From NCBI GenBank assembly GCA_019114825.1, contig DXES01000011.1, positions 1 through 44,125 of the forward strand: DNA of 44,125 nucleotides, given 5' to 3'. This DNA comes from Candidatus Anaerotruncus excrementipullorum. Its GTDB lineage: Bacteria > Bacillota > Clostridia > Oscillospirales > Ruminococcaceae. The notes under the pieces were generated by a model. It was not told the DNA's origin. It was given only the letters and a program-made list of their open reading frames with translations, and did no database searches. This document shows, piece after piece, positions 9,784 through 18,919 of this stretch. The translations under genes and the position numbers were made by a program. How positions within the stretch are numbered: the first letter of the stretch is position 1; every line of letters begins with the position of its first letter.

Positions 9784-9826
9784 CAAAAAGGGAGGCGCCC
9801 TCCATCGGAGGGCGCCTCCCTTTTTG
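9784..9826 (+). terminator. Intrinsic terminator
   Basis: CAAAAAGGGAGGCGCCCTCC / GGAGGGCGCCTCCCTTTTTG. Confidence 0.9.
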
Positions 9827-9846
9827 GCCCCGGGGCCATCCAAACA

Positions 9847-9876
9847 TTGGAATTTCCCCGGGTTCTATGGTACAAT
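9847..9876 (+). promoter_or_regulatory. Sigma-A promoter for the hscC-like operon
   Basis: TTGGAA-N18-TACAAT with TG extended -10. Confidence 0.55.
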
Positions 9877-9923
9877 AGGGTATCGCCGGTCACCGGGAGC
9901 AGACAGTCAGGGAGGAGACACAC

Positions 9924-11657
9924 ATGGCAATTTTGGGCATCGATCTGGGCACGACCAACAGCCTGGCCGCCGTCTGGCGCAATGGCCATAGCGAGCTGAT
10001 CCCCAACGCGGCGGGGGGATATCTGACCCCCAGCGTGGTGAGTGTGGACGAGGATGGGAGCATCCTGGTGGGCCAGGCGGCCCGGGAGCGGCTGATCTCC
10101 CATCCCCAGCAGACAGCCGCCCGCTTTAAAAGGTATATGGGCACCCAGAAGGTGTTCCAGCTGGGGGAGCAGTCCTTCCGTCCGGAGGAGCTGTCCGCCC
10201 TGGTGCTCCGCCGCCTGCGGGAGGACGCGGAGTGCTATCTGGGGGAGCCGGTCACCGAGGCGGTCATCAGCGTGCCCGCCTATTTTGCTGAGGCCCAGCG
10301 GGCAGCCACCAAGCGGGCGGGGGCGCTGGCGGGCCTTCGGGTGGAGCGGCTGGTGAACGAGCCCTCTGCCGCTGCCGTCTCCGCCCACATCGCCGAGGGG
10401 GATGCGGACAAAGTCTGCCTGGTTTTTGACCTGGGGGGCGGCACTCTGGATGTCTCTTTGGTGGAGCGGTTTGACAATGTGGTCAGCGTCACGGCGGTGA
10501 GCGGGGACAACCGCCTGGGGGGCTCCGATTTCGACCGGGCCATCGCCCAGGGGTTCTGCGAGGAGAGCGGCATCCCCTTCGACCAGCTGGAACCGAGCCG
10601 GCAGGAGCTGCTCATCCGCCAGGCGGAGGCGTGCAAGATCGCCTTGACCACCCAGCCTCTGGCGGTGATGAGCGTGGATGACGGCGTCATCCACGCCTCC
10701 CTGCCCCTGACCAACGAGTGGATGATCCGCAAGTGCAGCCGCCTGTTCCGCCGGATGGCGGTCCCTGTGCGGACGGTGCTCCGGGATGCGGGGATGGACC
10801 TCTCGGAGCTGGATGAGCTGGTGATGGTGGGCGGCTCCAGCCATATGCCCTCGGTGCGCCAATACATCGCCCAGCTGCTGGGGCGCCAGCCCGCCGCCGA
10901 CAGCCGCCCGGATACCGCTATCGCCCTGGGGGCGGGGATCTGCGCCGGGATGAAGGCGCGTTCCGCCGACCTAAAGGAGATGGTGCTCACCGACGTCTGT
11001 CCGTTCACCCTGGGGGTGGCGGTCTATAACGAAGCCGAGACCGAGCGGGACCTGATGTCCCCCCTTATCGAGCGCAACAGCGTGCTCCCCACCAGCAAGG
11101 AGGGGGTCTACTACACCGTTCACGACGGCCAGACCAAGGTGGAGCTGAAGGTCTACCAGGGGGAAAACCCCTACTGCGAGGACAACACCCTGCTGGGGAA
11201 GCTCTCCGTTTCGGTCCCCGCCGCCCCCCGGGGGCAACAGTCGGTGCGGGTGCGGTTTACCTATGATATCAACGGCCTTTTGGAGGTGGAGGCGGCCAAC
11301 CGGAACGGCCAGATGTTCCGGCTGGTGATCCAAAACCAGGAGATGACCCAGCAGGAGGCGGAGCGGCGGCTCCAGGAGCTCTCCGCCCTCAAGCTCCACC
11401 CCCGGGACCAGGAGATCCCCCGGGCGCTGCTGGCCCGGGCCCAGCGGATGTTTGCCATGACGGTGGGGGACCTGCGCCAACGGGTGGCCCAGTTTTTGGC
11501 CTGGTATCAAAATGAGCTTGCCTCCCAGGAGGCCATCCGGGTGGCCAAGGCCTCCCGGCGGATGGCGCAGTTTTTGGATGAGGTGGAGACCTATCTGGGG
11601 CGGGATGCCCTGCCGGATCCCTTCTTTGACAGCGGGGAGCAGGAGGAGCTGCCATGA
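9924..11657 (+). CDS. hscC: Specialised Hsp70 chaperone, HscC-type
   Basis: GIDLGTTNS, VNEPSAAA, FDLGGGTLDVS, VGGSS; HscC-like linker VLTDVCPFTLG and C-terminal LKLHPRDQ; 577 aa. Confidence 0.88.
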   Translation: MAILGIDLGTTNSLAAVWRNGHSELIPNAAGGYLTPSVVSVDEDGSILVGQAARERLISHPQQTAARFKRYMGTQKVFQLGEQSFRPEELSALVLRRLREDAECYLGEPVTEAVISVPAYFAEAQRAATKRAGALAGLRVERLVNEPSAAAVSAHIAEGDADKVCLVFDLGGGTLDVSLVERFDNVVSVTAVSGDNRLGGSDFDRAIAQGFCEESGIPFDQLEPSRQELLIRQAEACKIALTTQPLAVMSVDDGVIHASLPLTNEWMIRKCSRLFRRMAVPVRTVLRDAGMDLSELDELVMVGGSSHMPSVRQYIAQLLGRQPAADSRPDTAIALGAGICAGMKARSADLKEMVLTDVCPFTLGVAVYNEAETERDLMSPLIERNSVLPTSKEGVYYTVHDGQTKVELKVYQGENPYCEDNTLLGKLSVSVPAAPRGQQSVRVRFTYDINGLLEVEAANRNGQMFRLVIQNQEMTQQEAERRLQELSALKLHPRDQEIPRALLARAQRMFAMTVGDLRQRVAQFLAWYQNELASQEAIRVAKASRRMAQFLDEVETYLGRDALPDPFFDSGEQEELP

Positions 11658-13384
11658 GCTGGCCCTGGGGGGAGCTGGGGCTGGATGGCCCCGCCTCCCT
11701 GGAGGAGGTGCGCCAGGCCTATGCCCACCGCCTGAAGCAGACCCACCCGGAGGAGGACCCAGAGGGCTTCCAGCGGCTCCACGCGGCTTACCAGGAGGCC
11801 CGCCGGCTGGCCCGCCAAGCCCAGGGCAAGGGCCGGCAGCCGCTGGAACCCCCTGCGCCGGCCCCCCGGCCGGGCCCTTCGGAAAAACCGGAGAGCCGGC
11901 CGCCCCAGCCTGAGGGCCCATCGCAGCCGGATGGGGAGGCGCAGCAGCCGGAAAAGGAAGCTGGGCAGCCGCAGCCGTTCCAGTTTGAAAATCTGCTTCA
12001 ACACCAGAAGGCCCCAGAACCGCCTCCGTCCAGGCCGGAGCCGCCGGAGCAGTGGGACTTTGGACGCCTGTTCCAGGAGGCCGAGGCACAGCGGGAGGAG
12101 GCGGACCGGAAAAAATATGGCAACCAGGGGTGGGTGGTGGGGCAGGCCCTGGAGCTGGTGCGCCTGCTGCTGCAGGACAACCTGCCCCGCACCAACTGGG
12201 AGCGGTTTTTGGCCTCCCGGCTGTTTTTCCAGGCCAAGGAGGACCCGGCGTTTATCGCCGGCCTGGCGGAGGCCTTCCGCACCTGGCCGGTACACAACCC
12301 CCAGATCCGCGTGGAGCTGCTCCGGGCCTACGGCCTTTTTCAGCAGACGGAGGTCCCGTCCGACTACCAGGATCTCTATTGGGCGCTTCATGGACGCCAG
12401 GGGCCGCCCGGACAGGCGGAAAAGGCTGAAAAGCGCCGCTCTATGATCAAAGTGTCCCTCTTCGTTTTGGCGGCGCTGGGGATGCTCTTGGCCTTCCATC
12501 TGGGCGCCGCGCTGTTGGAGCGTCCCCGGGTCCAGCAGGTGGAGACCATCTGCCAATATTTGGAGGAGGACTTTGGCTTTTCGGTGGAATCCCTCTACCT
12601 GATCACCGGGGACGAGAGCTACCTGGACTACTACCAGCTGCCGGAGCGGCAGCAGCTGACCTTCTCCGCCCGGCCCCAGGGGGAACGCGCCCCCGGCCTG
12701 GGGGAGCTGGGCTATGAAACCGACCTGGGCAACGCGCTGATGACCCAGGCGTTGGAGCAGCTCGCCGCCCAGTGGAAGGACGACTGCACGCTGGAGCGGT
12801 TTTTGGAGGACGGCACCCCCGCCCTCAGCACCCAAACCCCCGCTACCTACCGGTTTGAGGTGGATTTGCAGGGGGCGGACGGTTTTATCGAGGCGCTGGG
12901 GGAGGAGATGGACCGGCTGCGCCAGGAGAAGTGGTTCACCCTACTGCGGCCCAGCTTCCAGCTGCGGCTGTCGGTGGGGGTGGTCTATTTCTTCACCTAT
13001 ACCGCGCCGGAGGAGCCGTTTGACGGGCAGGAGCTGCTCGCCTATTACCAGGACAACTTGACGGGTGACCTGGTGGAGTATATGGTGGTGGAGAGCGGCC
13101 TGGCCGGGCTGGACTTTGGGGACGCCCCCTACTGGTTCTTCGACGTGGGGGAGGTGGCCGTAGGTGGGGAGGACATCTACTTTTCGGTGGGCGGCGTGGA
13201 GGCCGAGACAGGGATCATCCGCCGGATCTACCTCTACGATGGGGGCTATTTGATCAGCACCCCGGCGGACACCTTCAACCCGGAGATGGACCGGCTGGAA
13301 TATGCCCATTTCCGCGGCGGGGAGCGGGTAGAAAAACCGGACTTCCATTCCCCCTGGCCCTCTATCGGCATCTACCGCCATTGA
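11654..13384 (+). CDS. J-domain (HPE motif, DjlB/DjlC-type) single-pass membrane protein
   Basis: PWGELGL...VRQAY...THPEEDPEGFQRLHAAY; Pro-rich linker; TM VSLFVLAALGMLLAFHLGAALL; ATGA overlap with hscC. Confidence 0.85.
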   Translation: MSWPWGELGLDGPASLEEVRQAYAHRLKQTHPEEDPEGFQRLHAAYQEARRLARQAQGKGRQPLEPPAPAPRPGPSEKPESRPPQPEGPSQPDGEAQQPEKEAGQPQPFQFENLLQHQKAPEPPPSRPEPPEQWDFGRLFQEAEAQREEADRKKYGNQGWVVGQALELVRLLLQDNLPRTNWERFLASRLFFQAKEDPAFIAGLAEAFRTWPVHNPQIRVELLRAYGLFQQTEVPSDYQDLYWALHGRQGPPGQAEKAEKRRSMIKVSLFVLAALGMLLAFHLGAALLERPRVQQVETICQYLEEDFGFSVESLYLITGDESYLDYYQLPERQQLTFSARPQGERAPGLGELGYETDLGNALMTQALEQLAAQWKDDCTLERFLEDGTPALSTQTPATYRFEVDLQGADGFIEALGEEMDRLRQEKWFTLLRPSFQLRLSVGVVYFFTYTAPEEPFDGQELLAYYQDNLTGDLVEYMVVESGLAGLDFGDAPYWFFDVGEVAVGGEDIYFSVGGVEAETGIIRRIYLYDGGYLISTPADTFNPEMDRLEYAHFRGGERVEKPDFHSPWPSIGIYRH

Positions 13385-13419
13385 GCGGTGAAATTGACTG
13401 GAAAGGAATGGGAGGACCG

Positions 13420-14026
13420 ATGAACTTCCTTGGGAAGCTGCTGCGGGTTGCCCTGGGGGCGGCCCTGGTCCTGCTGCTGCTCCTCTGCCGCCTGGCGGCG
13501 GGGGCGCTGGCGGAGCCGGCCTGGGACGCCTACGCCGGGGCGCGGGGGCTGGCCCCGGATCTGGTGGGCGGCCCCGTCCAGGCGGACACCCCCTTCACCC
13601 GGTCGGTGGCTGACCCGGTATGTGCTCAAGAGCGCCTGGGGGATCACCGGCTACCAGGAGCTTTTGGAGACGGTGGAATATATGACCCAGGGTCCCGGCT
13701 TCACCAGCTGCCGGGAACAGGGGGAGCGGGCCTGGCAGCTCTCCCGGGCCAGCTCCCTTTTGGGGATGGCCATGGTGCTGGGCTGGGCGAGCCGGAGGGA
13801 GCTGGTGGAACGCAGCCGGAGGGTCTGCCGGCAGATCCAGGGGCAGTTTTCCTCCTGGGATGAGTTCTACCTGGCCTTTTTGGACCACTTTTCCGGCGCC
13901 CACCATGGGGAAGGCGCCCCCAACGACAAGGAGGCGGTCCGCCACCGGGTGGACTGCTATTGGGAGCTAAAAAAACGCCCCGACGGCCCCTACTCCCTGC
14001 CGTGGGATTTGGACCTGGAGGGCTAG
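13420..14026 (+). pseudogene. DUF1266-like protein, frameshifted
   Basis: SD GGAGG and ATG 13420 open a hydrophobic N-terminus. The DUF1266-like core (LKSAWGI...AWQLSR...QGQFSSWDEF) lies in the +1 frame. Removing one copy of CGGT at 13600-13607 restores a 200-aa ORF. Confidence 0.7.
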
Positions 14027-14033
14027 AGGAAAG

Positions 14034-14075
14034 CAGAGGGCCGCCGGATTGCAGCTGCAATCCAGCGGCCCTCTG
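14034..14075. terminator. Near-perfect 42-bp palindrome between convergent genes
   Basis: CAGAGGGCCGCCGGATTGCAG|CTGCAATCCAGCGGCCCTCTG, one mismatch. Confidence 0.6.
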
Positions 14076-14088
14076 TCAACCGATCCTT

Positions 14089-15381
14089 TTATACCACGCA
14101 GTAGACCTCCAACCGACGGCCGCAGTCCAGCTTCAGCGTCTCGGTGCAGGTGAGGTCCAGAACGTCCTCCCCCTGGGGGACCTGCCCCTCCGGGATGCAG
14201 TAGACGGCGGTCAGATCCTGGCGCAGGTAGTAGTTCATCGCCAGATGCTCCCCGGAGAGCCCCCAGCCGTAGCAGGTGACCCACCAGCAGGGCGCCTCTG
14301 CCATGGTGACATAGCCGTAGCGGGCAAACGCCATCTCCTCCAGCGAGGCGAAGTCCCACTGCCCCACCCCCTGTTGCAGCACCAGATCCTGCAGGAGGGC
14401 GAGCCCCGCCTGCTGGCTGTAGGCGTCCAGCAGCTCCTGGCCGGAGAGCACCTCCCCTTCGGTGGAGGAATAGGAGTAGAGGACCGCGTTCCCATGGGCC
14501 AAAATCAGCTGGTATTCCGGCGGTAGGGTTTGGTACCAGTCCTCCCTGGCCAGCTGCTCCAGCTGTTCCCCCAGGGCGTGTAAAAACGCCTCCGTGTCCT
14601 CCAAGGGCGCCTGGAACAGGTAGAGACTTGGGGGAGCCCCGCCCGAGGCCCCCTCCCCTAGGGAGTCGGTCATCTCCAGGTCAAACCAGAGGGGGCAGTC
14701 CGGCCACGCCTGGGAAAATTCCCTCATCGCCCGGTAAAACTGCGCCAACGTGTAGTTGGTCCGGTATCCCGAACCGGGCCCCGTCCGTTCCCCCTGGCAG
14801 ATGGCCTGGAACCGCAGGTCCGGGTCCTCCTTCAGCCAGTAGAGGTATCGAGGTTCCTCGCGCTCCGGGTTTTTGGGGGAGGACACCAGCTCTACGCCGA
14901 AGTCCTCCTCCAGCCAGCCCATGGCCTGGACGGCGGGGGAGGGCTCCCGCAGGTAGTTGACCAACAGGTACCCGCCTATCAAGAGGGCCAGAAGGACCAT
15001 CCAGCAAAACCACCAGGCAGCGGGCCGGTGGGGCTGGGAGCGGCTATGGGGAGGGGCCCAGGCGAATGGCTCCCCGGGGAACGGCCCCTCTGGGCTGGCC
15101 TCCCGCTCCCCCTGGGAGAGCAGCTGTTCAAAATCCCAATCTGTAGCGCCCTGGGCGTGCGGGCAATCCGCGGCGCCGGGCTCCGCCTTTGCTCCAGCCG
15201 GCGGGAAGGCCTGCTCTGCGGCCAGCTGCCGGGCGGCCTGATAGGCGCGGTAGAGCCGCTGGAACCCCTCCGGATCCTCCTCGGGGTGAAGTTCCCGCAG
15301 CCGCTGCCCATAGGCGGCTTTCACCGCTTCCAATTCTGTGGGGCCGGGCAGCCCCAGCTCGCTCCATGGCCACAATTCCAT
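14089..15381 (-). CDS. Second HPE-motif J-domain single-pass membrane protein, paralog of 11654-13384
   Basis: PWSELGL...LHPEEDPEGFQRLYRAY; TM WWFCWMVLLALLIGGYLLV; shared LEEDFG and GQELL blocks. Confidence 0.82.
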   Translation of the reverse strand: MELWPWSELGLPGPTELEAVKAAYGQRLRELHPEEDPEGFQRLYRAYQAARQLAAEQAFPPAGAKAEPGAADCPHAQGATDWDFEQLLSQGEREASPEGPFPGEPFAWAPPHSRSQPHRPAAWWFCWMVLLALLIGGYLLVNYLREPSPAVQAMGWLEEDFGVELVSSPKNPEREEPRYLYWLKEDPDLRFQAICQGERTGPGSGYRTNYTLAQFYRAMREFSQAWPDCPLWFDLEMTDSLGEGASGGAPPSLYLFQAPLEDTEAFLHALGEQLEQLAREDWYQTLPPEYQLILAHGNAVLYSYSSTEGEVLSGQELLDAYSQQAGLALLQDLVLQQGVGQWDFASLEEMAFARYGYVTMAEAPCWWVTCYGWGLSGEHLAMNYYLRQDLTAVYCIPEGQVPQGEDVLDLTCTETLKLDCGRRLEVYCVV

Positions 15382-15438
15382 CCATCCCCCTATTGATAGC
15401 CACCGGCCGAAGGTTCCCCGGGCGGGAATGCCGCCCCC

Positions 15439-16998
15439 CTACATCATGGGGGAGAACAGCCGCAAAAACGCCCGGACGATCCGTTTCCACAGCTTTACAT
15501 GGCGGGAGTAGTCCTTGGGGATCTCAAAGCTCTGTTCCAGGGTGCGCAGGATGTCCTCCCGCACATCCGCCACCAGCCGGGCATGGTAGAAGGCCACCGC
15601 GCACTCAAAATGCAGGTAGAAGCTGCGGTAGTCCATGTTGGCGGTGCCCACCACCGCGATCTCGTCGTCCGAGACATACATCTTGGCGTGGACAAACCCC
15701 GGCGTGTACTCGTAGATGCGTACCCCCGTATCCAATAGCTGTTGGTAGAACGACTGGGTGGTCTGGTGGACGAACCACTTGTCCGGCAGGTGGGGTACCA
15801 GGATGCGCACATCGATGCCGCTGCGGGCGGCGGTCTGCAGGGCGGTGACCATCTCGTTATCCAAAATCAGGTAGGGGGTGGTCATATAGACATACCGGGT
15901 GGCCCGGTTGATGATCTGCATATACACGTCCTCGCAGACGTTCACCCGGTCCAAGGGGCTGTCGCCAAACGGCTGCACAAACCCGTCGCTCTCCCAAAAG
16001 CGGGTGGGGCGGAAGGAGACCGGGTCCACATCCGCCTGTCGGGAAAAGTTCCACAGGGAGAGGAACATGGCGGTCAGGTTCCAGACCCCGTCCCCCTTGA
16101 GCATGACGCCGGTGTCCTTCCAGTGGCCGTATTTTTCGTAGGCGTTGATATATTCGTCTGCGATGTTGATCCCCCCGCAGAACCCCACATTCCCGTCGAT
16201 CACCGTAATCTTCCGGTGGTCCCGGTAGTTCATCATCGAATTCAGATGGGGCTGGTAGGGGTTAAAGACGGTACACTGGATGCCCGCAGCCCGCAGCTTT
16301 TCCCCATAGTTGGGGGGCAGCGTGAAGATGGAGCCCATGTCGTCATACATGAACCGCACCTCCACCCCGGCGGCCGCCTTTTCCTCCAAAATCCGGAAGA
16401 TCGACTCCCACATCTTCCCCTCGTCCAGGATGAAGTACTCCATAAAGATGAATTTTTCCGCCTTTGCCAGCTCCTCCAGCATCCGCTGCCACATGTCCTC
16501 CCCCAGGGGGAAGTACTCCGAGCTGGTGCGGTTCCACAGGGGGGCGCCGGTGGTGCGGGTGATATAGTTGGAGATGGCGGCGCACCGGCTGTCCAGCGAC
16601 TCCAGCTCCTGAACCAGCGGGCCGCCGGGCTGACAGACCCGGTGGGCGCCCTTTTCCGCCGCCCGGATGCGCCGGGCCAGCTTCTGGGGCATCCCCTTGT
16701 TGCCGAACATCAGGTAAAACAGCCCGCCGAACAGCGGGAAGGACAATAGCGGGATCACCCACGCCAGCTTGTAGGCGGGGTTTTCGTTCTTGTTCACCAG
16801 CCAGACCACAATGGCGATGCTCAGCAGCATGAGGATGGAATAGATCCACACAAAGTGGTCGCCCAGCAACAGGATCACCGCCAACAGAAATGCCATCTGC
16901 AAAATGATCAGCAGGCTGACGATGACAATCTTGCTCAGCAGCAGGCTACAGAGGGATTTGAGCCCCCATTTTTTCTTGGTGTGTACATGGTTGGACAT
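15439..16998 (-). CDS. cls: Cardiolipin synthase
   Basis: Two HKD motifs (HRKITVID, HAKMYVSD), N-terminal TMs, GTANMDYRS. Confidence 0.96.
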   Translation of the reverse strand: MSNHVHTKKKWGLKSLCSLLLSKIVIVSLLIILQMAFLLAVILLLGDHFVWIYSILMLLSIAIVVWLVNKNENPAYKLAWVIPLLSFPLFGGLFYLMFGNKGMPQKLARRIRAAEKGAHRVCQPGGPLVQELESLDSRCAAISNYITRTTGAPLWNRTSSEYFPLGEDMWQRMLEELAKAEKFIFMEYFILDEGKMWESIFRILEEKAAAGVEVRFMYDDMGSIFTLPPNYGEKLRAAGIQCTVFNPYQPHLNSMMNYRDHRKITVIDGNVGFCGGINIADEYINAYEKYGHWKDTGVMLKGDGVWNLTAMFLSLWNFSRQADVDPVSFRPTRFWESDGFVQPFGDSPLDRVNVCEDVYMQIINRATRYVYMTTPYLILDNEMVTALQTAARSGIDVRILVPHLPDKWFVHQTTQSFYQQLLDTGVRIYEYTPGFVHAKMYVSDDEIAVVGTANMDYRSFYLHFECAVAFYHARLVADVREDILRTLEQSFEIPKDYSRHVKLWKRIVRAFLRLFSPMM

Positions 16999-17326
16999 GG
17001 CAGAGCCTCCGCAGGGTCGAAAAACGGTGGATTTTAGGCCTTTCCCCTATGATAGCAGGTTTTTCCAGCCTTGGCAAGCGGTGGGGAAAGCGTCCCTTCT
17101 CAGGATAAGTAGTGATGGCCCAAACCCCGTCGGTTTCGCCAAGCAGCAGTTCTAATTCAAAACAGCTCGTTTAGCTGTCGATGATGCTTTGCAGAAAGCA
17201 TTTTTATATCATAAAAACAGATTGGCGACAGAAATAACAGGATGGAGCACCTTGGATTCCTTCCCAGCTTTCTGATATAATTTTCTCAAAGCGGAGCAAA
17301 AAATCGTAATTTAGGAGGACAACCAC

Positions 17327-17386
17327 ATGGAATTCTATGAAGCTGCCGATCTTACGAAACAGCTTCATTTTGGAAGGTGGAGATAA
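17327..17386 (+). pseudogene. 19-codon remnant, probably the fused ends of a nitroreductase-like gene
   Basis: SD AGGAGG then MEFYEA-ADLTKQLHFGRWR*; low-GC context. Confidence 0.4.
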
Positions 17387-17396
17387 AGGGGCTATC

Positions 17397-17718
17397 ATGG
17401 AACCAATTATAAAAGCAATCGAAGTAAAAAGCGTTTTGACAAAATCGAATCTGCCGGTCGGCGATTACTCAATCAACCCCTATGTGGGATGCACCCATGC
17501 CTGCAAATACTGCTATGCCAGCTTTATGAAAAGATTTACAAACCATTCGGAGGAGTGGGGAGCCTTTGGATCATTCCATTCGGGATTTTACATCCCAAAA
17601 TGGGCTGGAGTATGTTCGGGATGACGATACGGTGCAAAAGGGATTTTATGATCCGCCAACAGTCGTGAACTTTTTCTATCACGAAGAAGTGAAAAAGTCT
17701 GCAAAGAGCAGTAAATAG
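17397..17718 (+). pseudogene. Internally deleted radical SAM gene (radical SAM mobile pair protein B-like, SPL-related)
   Basis: N-terminal KSNLPVGDYSINPYVGCTHACKYCYA (CxxxCxxC) joined near 17565 to a +1-frame C-terminal piece LDHSIR...PPTVVNFFYHEEVKKSAK. Confidence 0.7.
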
Positions 17719-17763
17719 ACATCACTTAAACGAAGAGCCGTTGTTTTACTGTTAAAAGCGACG

Positions 17764-17802
17764 GGAAAACCGCGAACCCGCCGGCTGCGCCGGCGGGTTC
17801 GC
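17764..17802 (-). terminator. galE terminator
   Basis: GCGAACCCGCCGGC/GCCGGCGGGTTCGC stem, then GGTTTT on the minus strand. Confidence 0.7.
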
Positions 17803-17810
17803 AAAGTGGG

Positions 17811-18818
17811 TCAGAGCCCGTTGGGATTGTGCTGGGTGAAGTTCCAGCTGTCGGCGCACATCTGCTCCAGCGAATGCTGGGCGGTCCACCCCAGCAGGTT
17901 TTTGGCCTTGGCGGGGTCGGCGTAGGAGGTGGCGATGTCCCCGGGCCGGCGGGGGGCGATCCGGTAGGGGATCGGGTGGCCGCAGGCCTTTTCAAAGGCG
18001 TGGAGCACCTCCAGCACCGAGTAGCCCACGCCGGTGCCCAGGTTGATGGCCTCCACCCCGGTGCGCCCCTCCAGGTAGTCCAGCGCTTTCAGGTGCCCCA
18101 CCGCCAGGTCCACCACATGGATGTAGTCCCGGACACCGGTGCCGTCGGGGGTGTCGTAGTCGTTGCCGTAGACCGAAAGCTGGGGCAGCTTGCCGGTGGC
18201 CACCTGGGCGATATAGGGCAGGAGGTTGTTGGGGATGCCGTTGGGGTCCTCCCCCAAAAGGCCGCTGGGATGGGCGCCGATGGGGTTGAAGTACCGCAGC
18301 AGGGCCACGCTCCAGCTGTTGTCCGCCTTCCACAGGTCGGTGAGGATCTGCTCGATGAACAGCTTGGTGGTGCCGTAGGGGTTGGTGGTGGAGAGGGGCA
18401 TCTCCTCTTTAAAGGGCACCGGGTTGTGCATCCCGTAGACGGTGGCAGAGGAGGAAAAGACAATCCGTTTGCAGCCGGCCGCCTCCATCACCTGGCAGAG
18501 CACCAGGGTGCCGGTGAGGTTGTTGTGGTAGTAGCGCAGGGGGATCTGGCAGGATTCCCCCACCGCCTTGAGCCCGGCAAAGTGGATGACCGCGTCGATC
18601 CGGTTCTCCCGGAACACCCGCTCCACCCCCTGCCGGTCCAGCAGGTCGGTCTCATAGAAGGGGAACTGCTTGCCGGTGATCTGTTGGATCCGGCGCAGCG
18701 CCTCCGGCTTGGAGTTGCAGAAGTTGTCCAGCACCACAATCTCCCGCCCAGCGTTCAAAAGCTCCACGCAGGTGTGGGAGCCGATATATCCGGCGCCGCC
18801 GGTGACCAAAATTGCCAT
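17811..18818 (-). CDS. galE: UDP-glucose 4-epimerase
   Basis: [19 protein letters not shown], YxxxK (YGTTK), [16 protein letters not shown]. Confidence 0.98.
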   Translation of the reverse strand: MAILVTGGAGYIGSHTCVELLNAGREIVVLDNFCNSKPEALRRIQQITGKQFPFYETDLLDRQGVERVFRENRIDAVIHFAGLKAVGESCQIPLRYYHNNLTGTLVLCQVMEAAGCKRIVFSSSATVYGMHNPVPFKEEMPLSTTNPYGTTKLFIEQILTDLWKADNSWSVALLRYFNPIGAHPSGLLGEDPNGIPNNLLPYIAQVATGKLPQLSVYGNDYDTPDGTGVRDYIHVVDLAVGHLKALDYLEGRTGVEAINLGTGVGYSVLEVLHAFEKACGHPIPYRIAPRRPGDIATSYADPAKAKNLLGWTAQHSLEQMCADSWNFTQHNPNGL

Positions 18819-18855
18819 GACCATCCCTCATTTCAAAAAAATAGGTCCTGTGCTT

Positions 18856-18884
18856 AGTATATCCGGCCGCCCCACCCTTGTCAA
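18856..18884 (-). promoter_or_regulatory. Sigma-A promoter for galE
   Basis: TTGACA-N17-TATACT on the minus strand. Confidence 0.8.
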
Positions 18885-18919
18885 CGCGAAAAGACGGACT
18901 GCCGGGCGGTTTGCGCGGG

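Noticed and set aside
9924-11657. Housekeeping dnaK
   Set aside because: No hrcA, grpE or dnaJ context. The linker, C-terminus and HPE-type J partners point to HscC.
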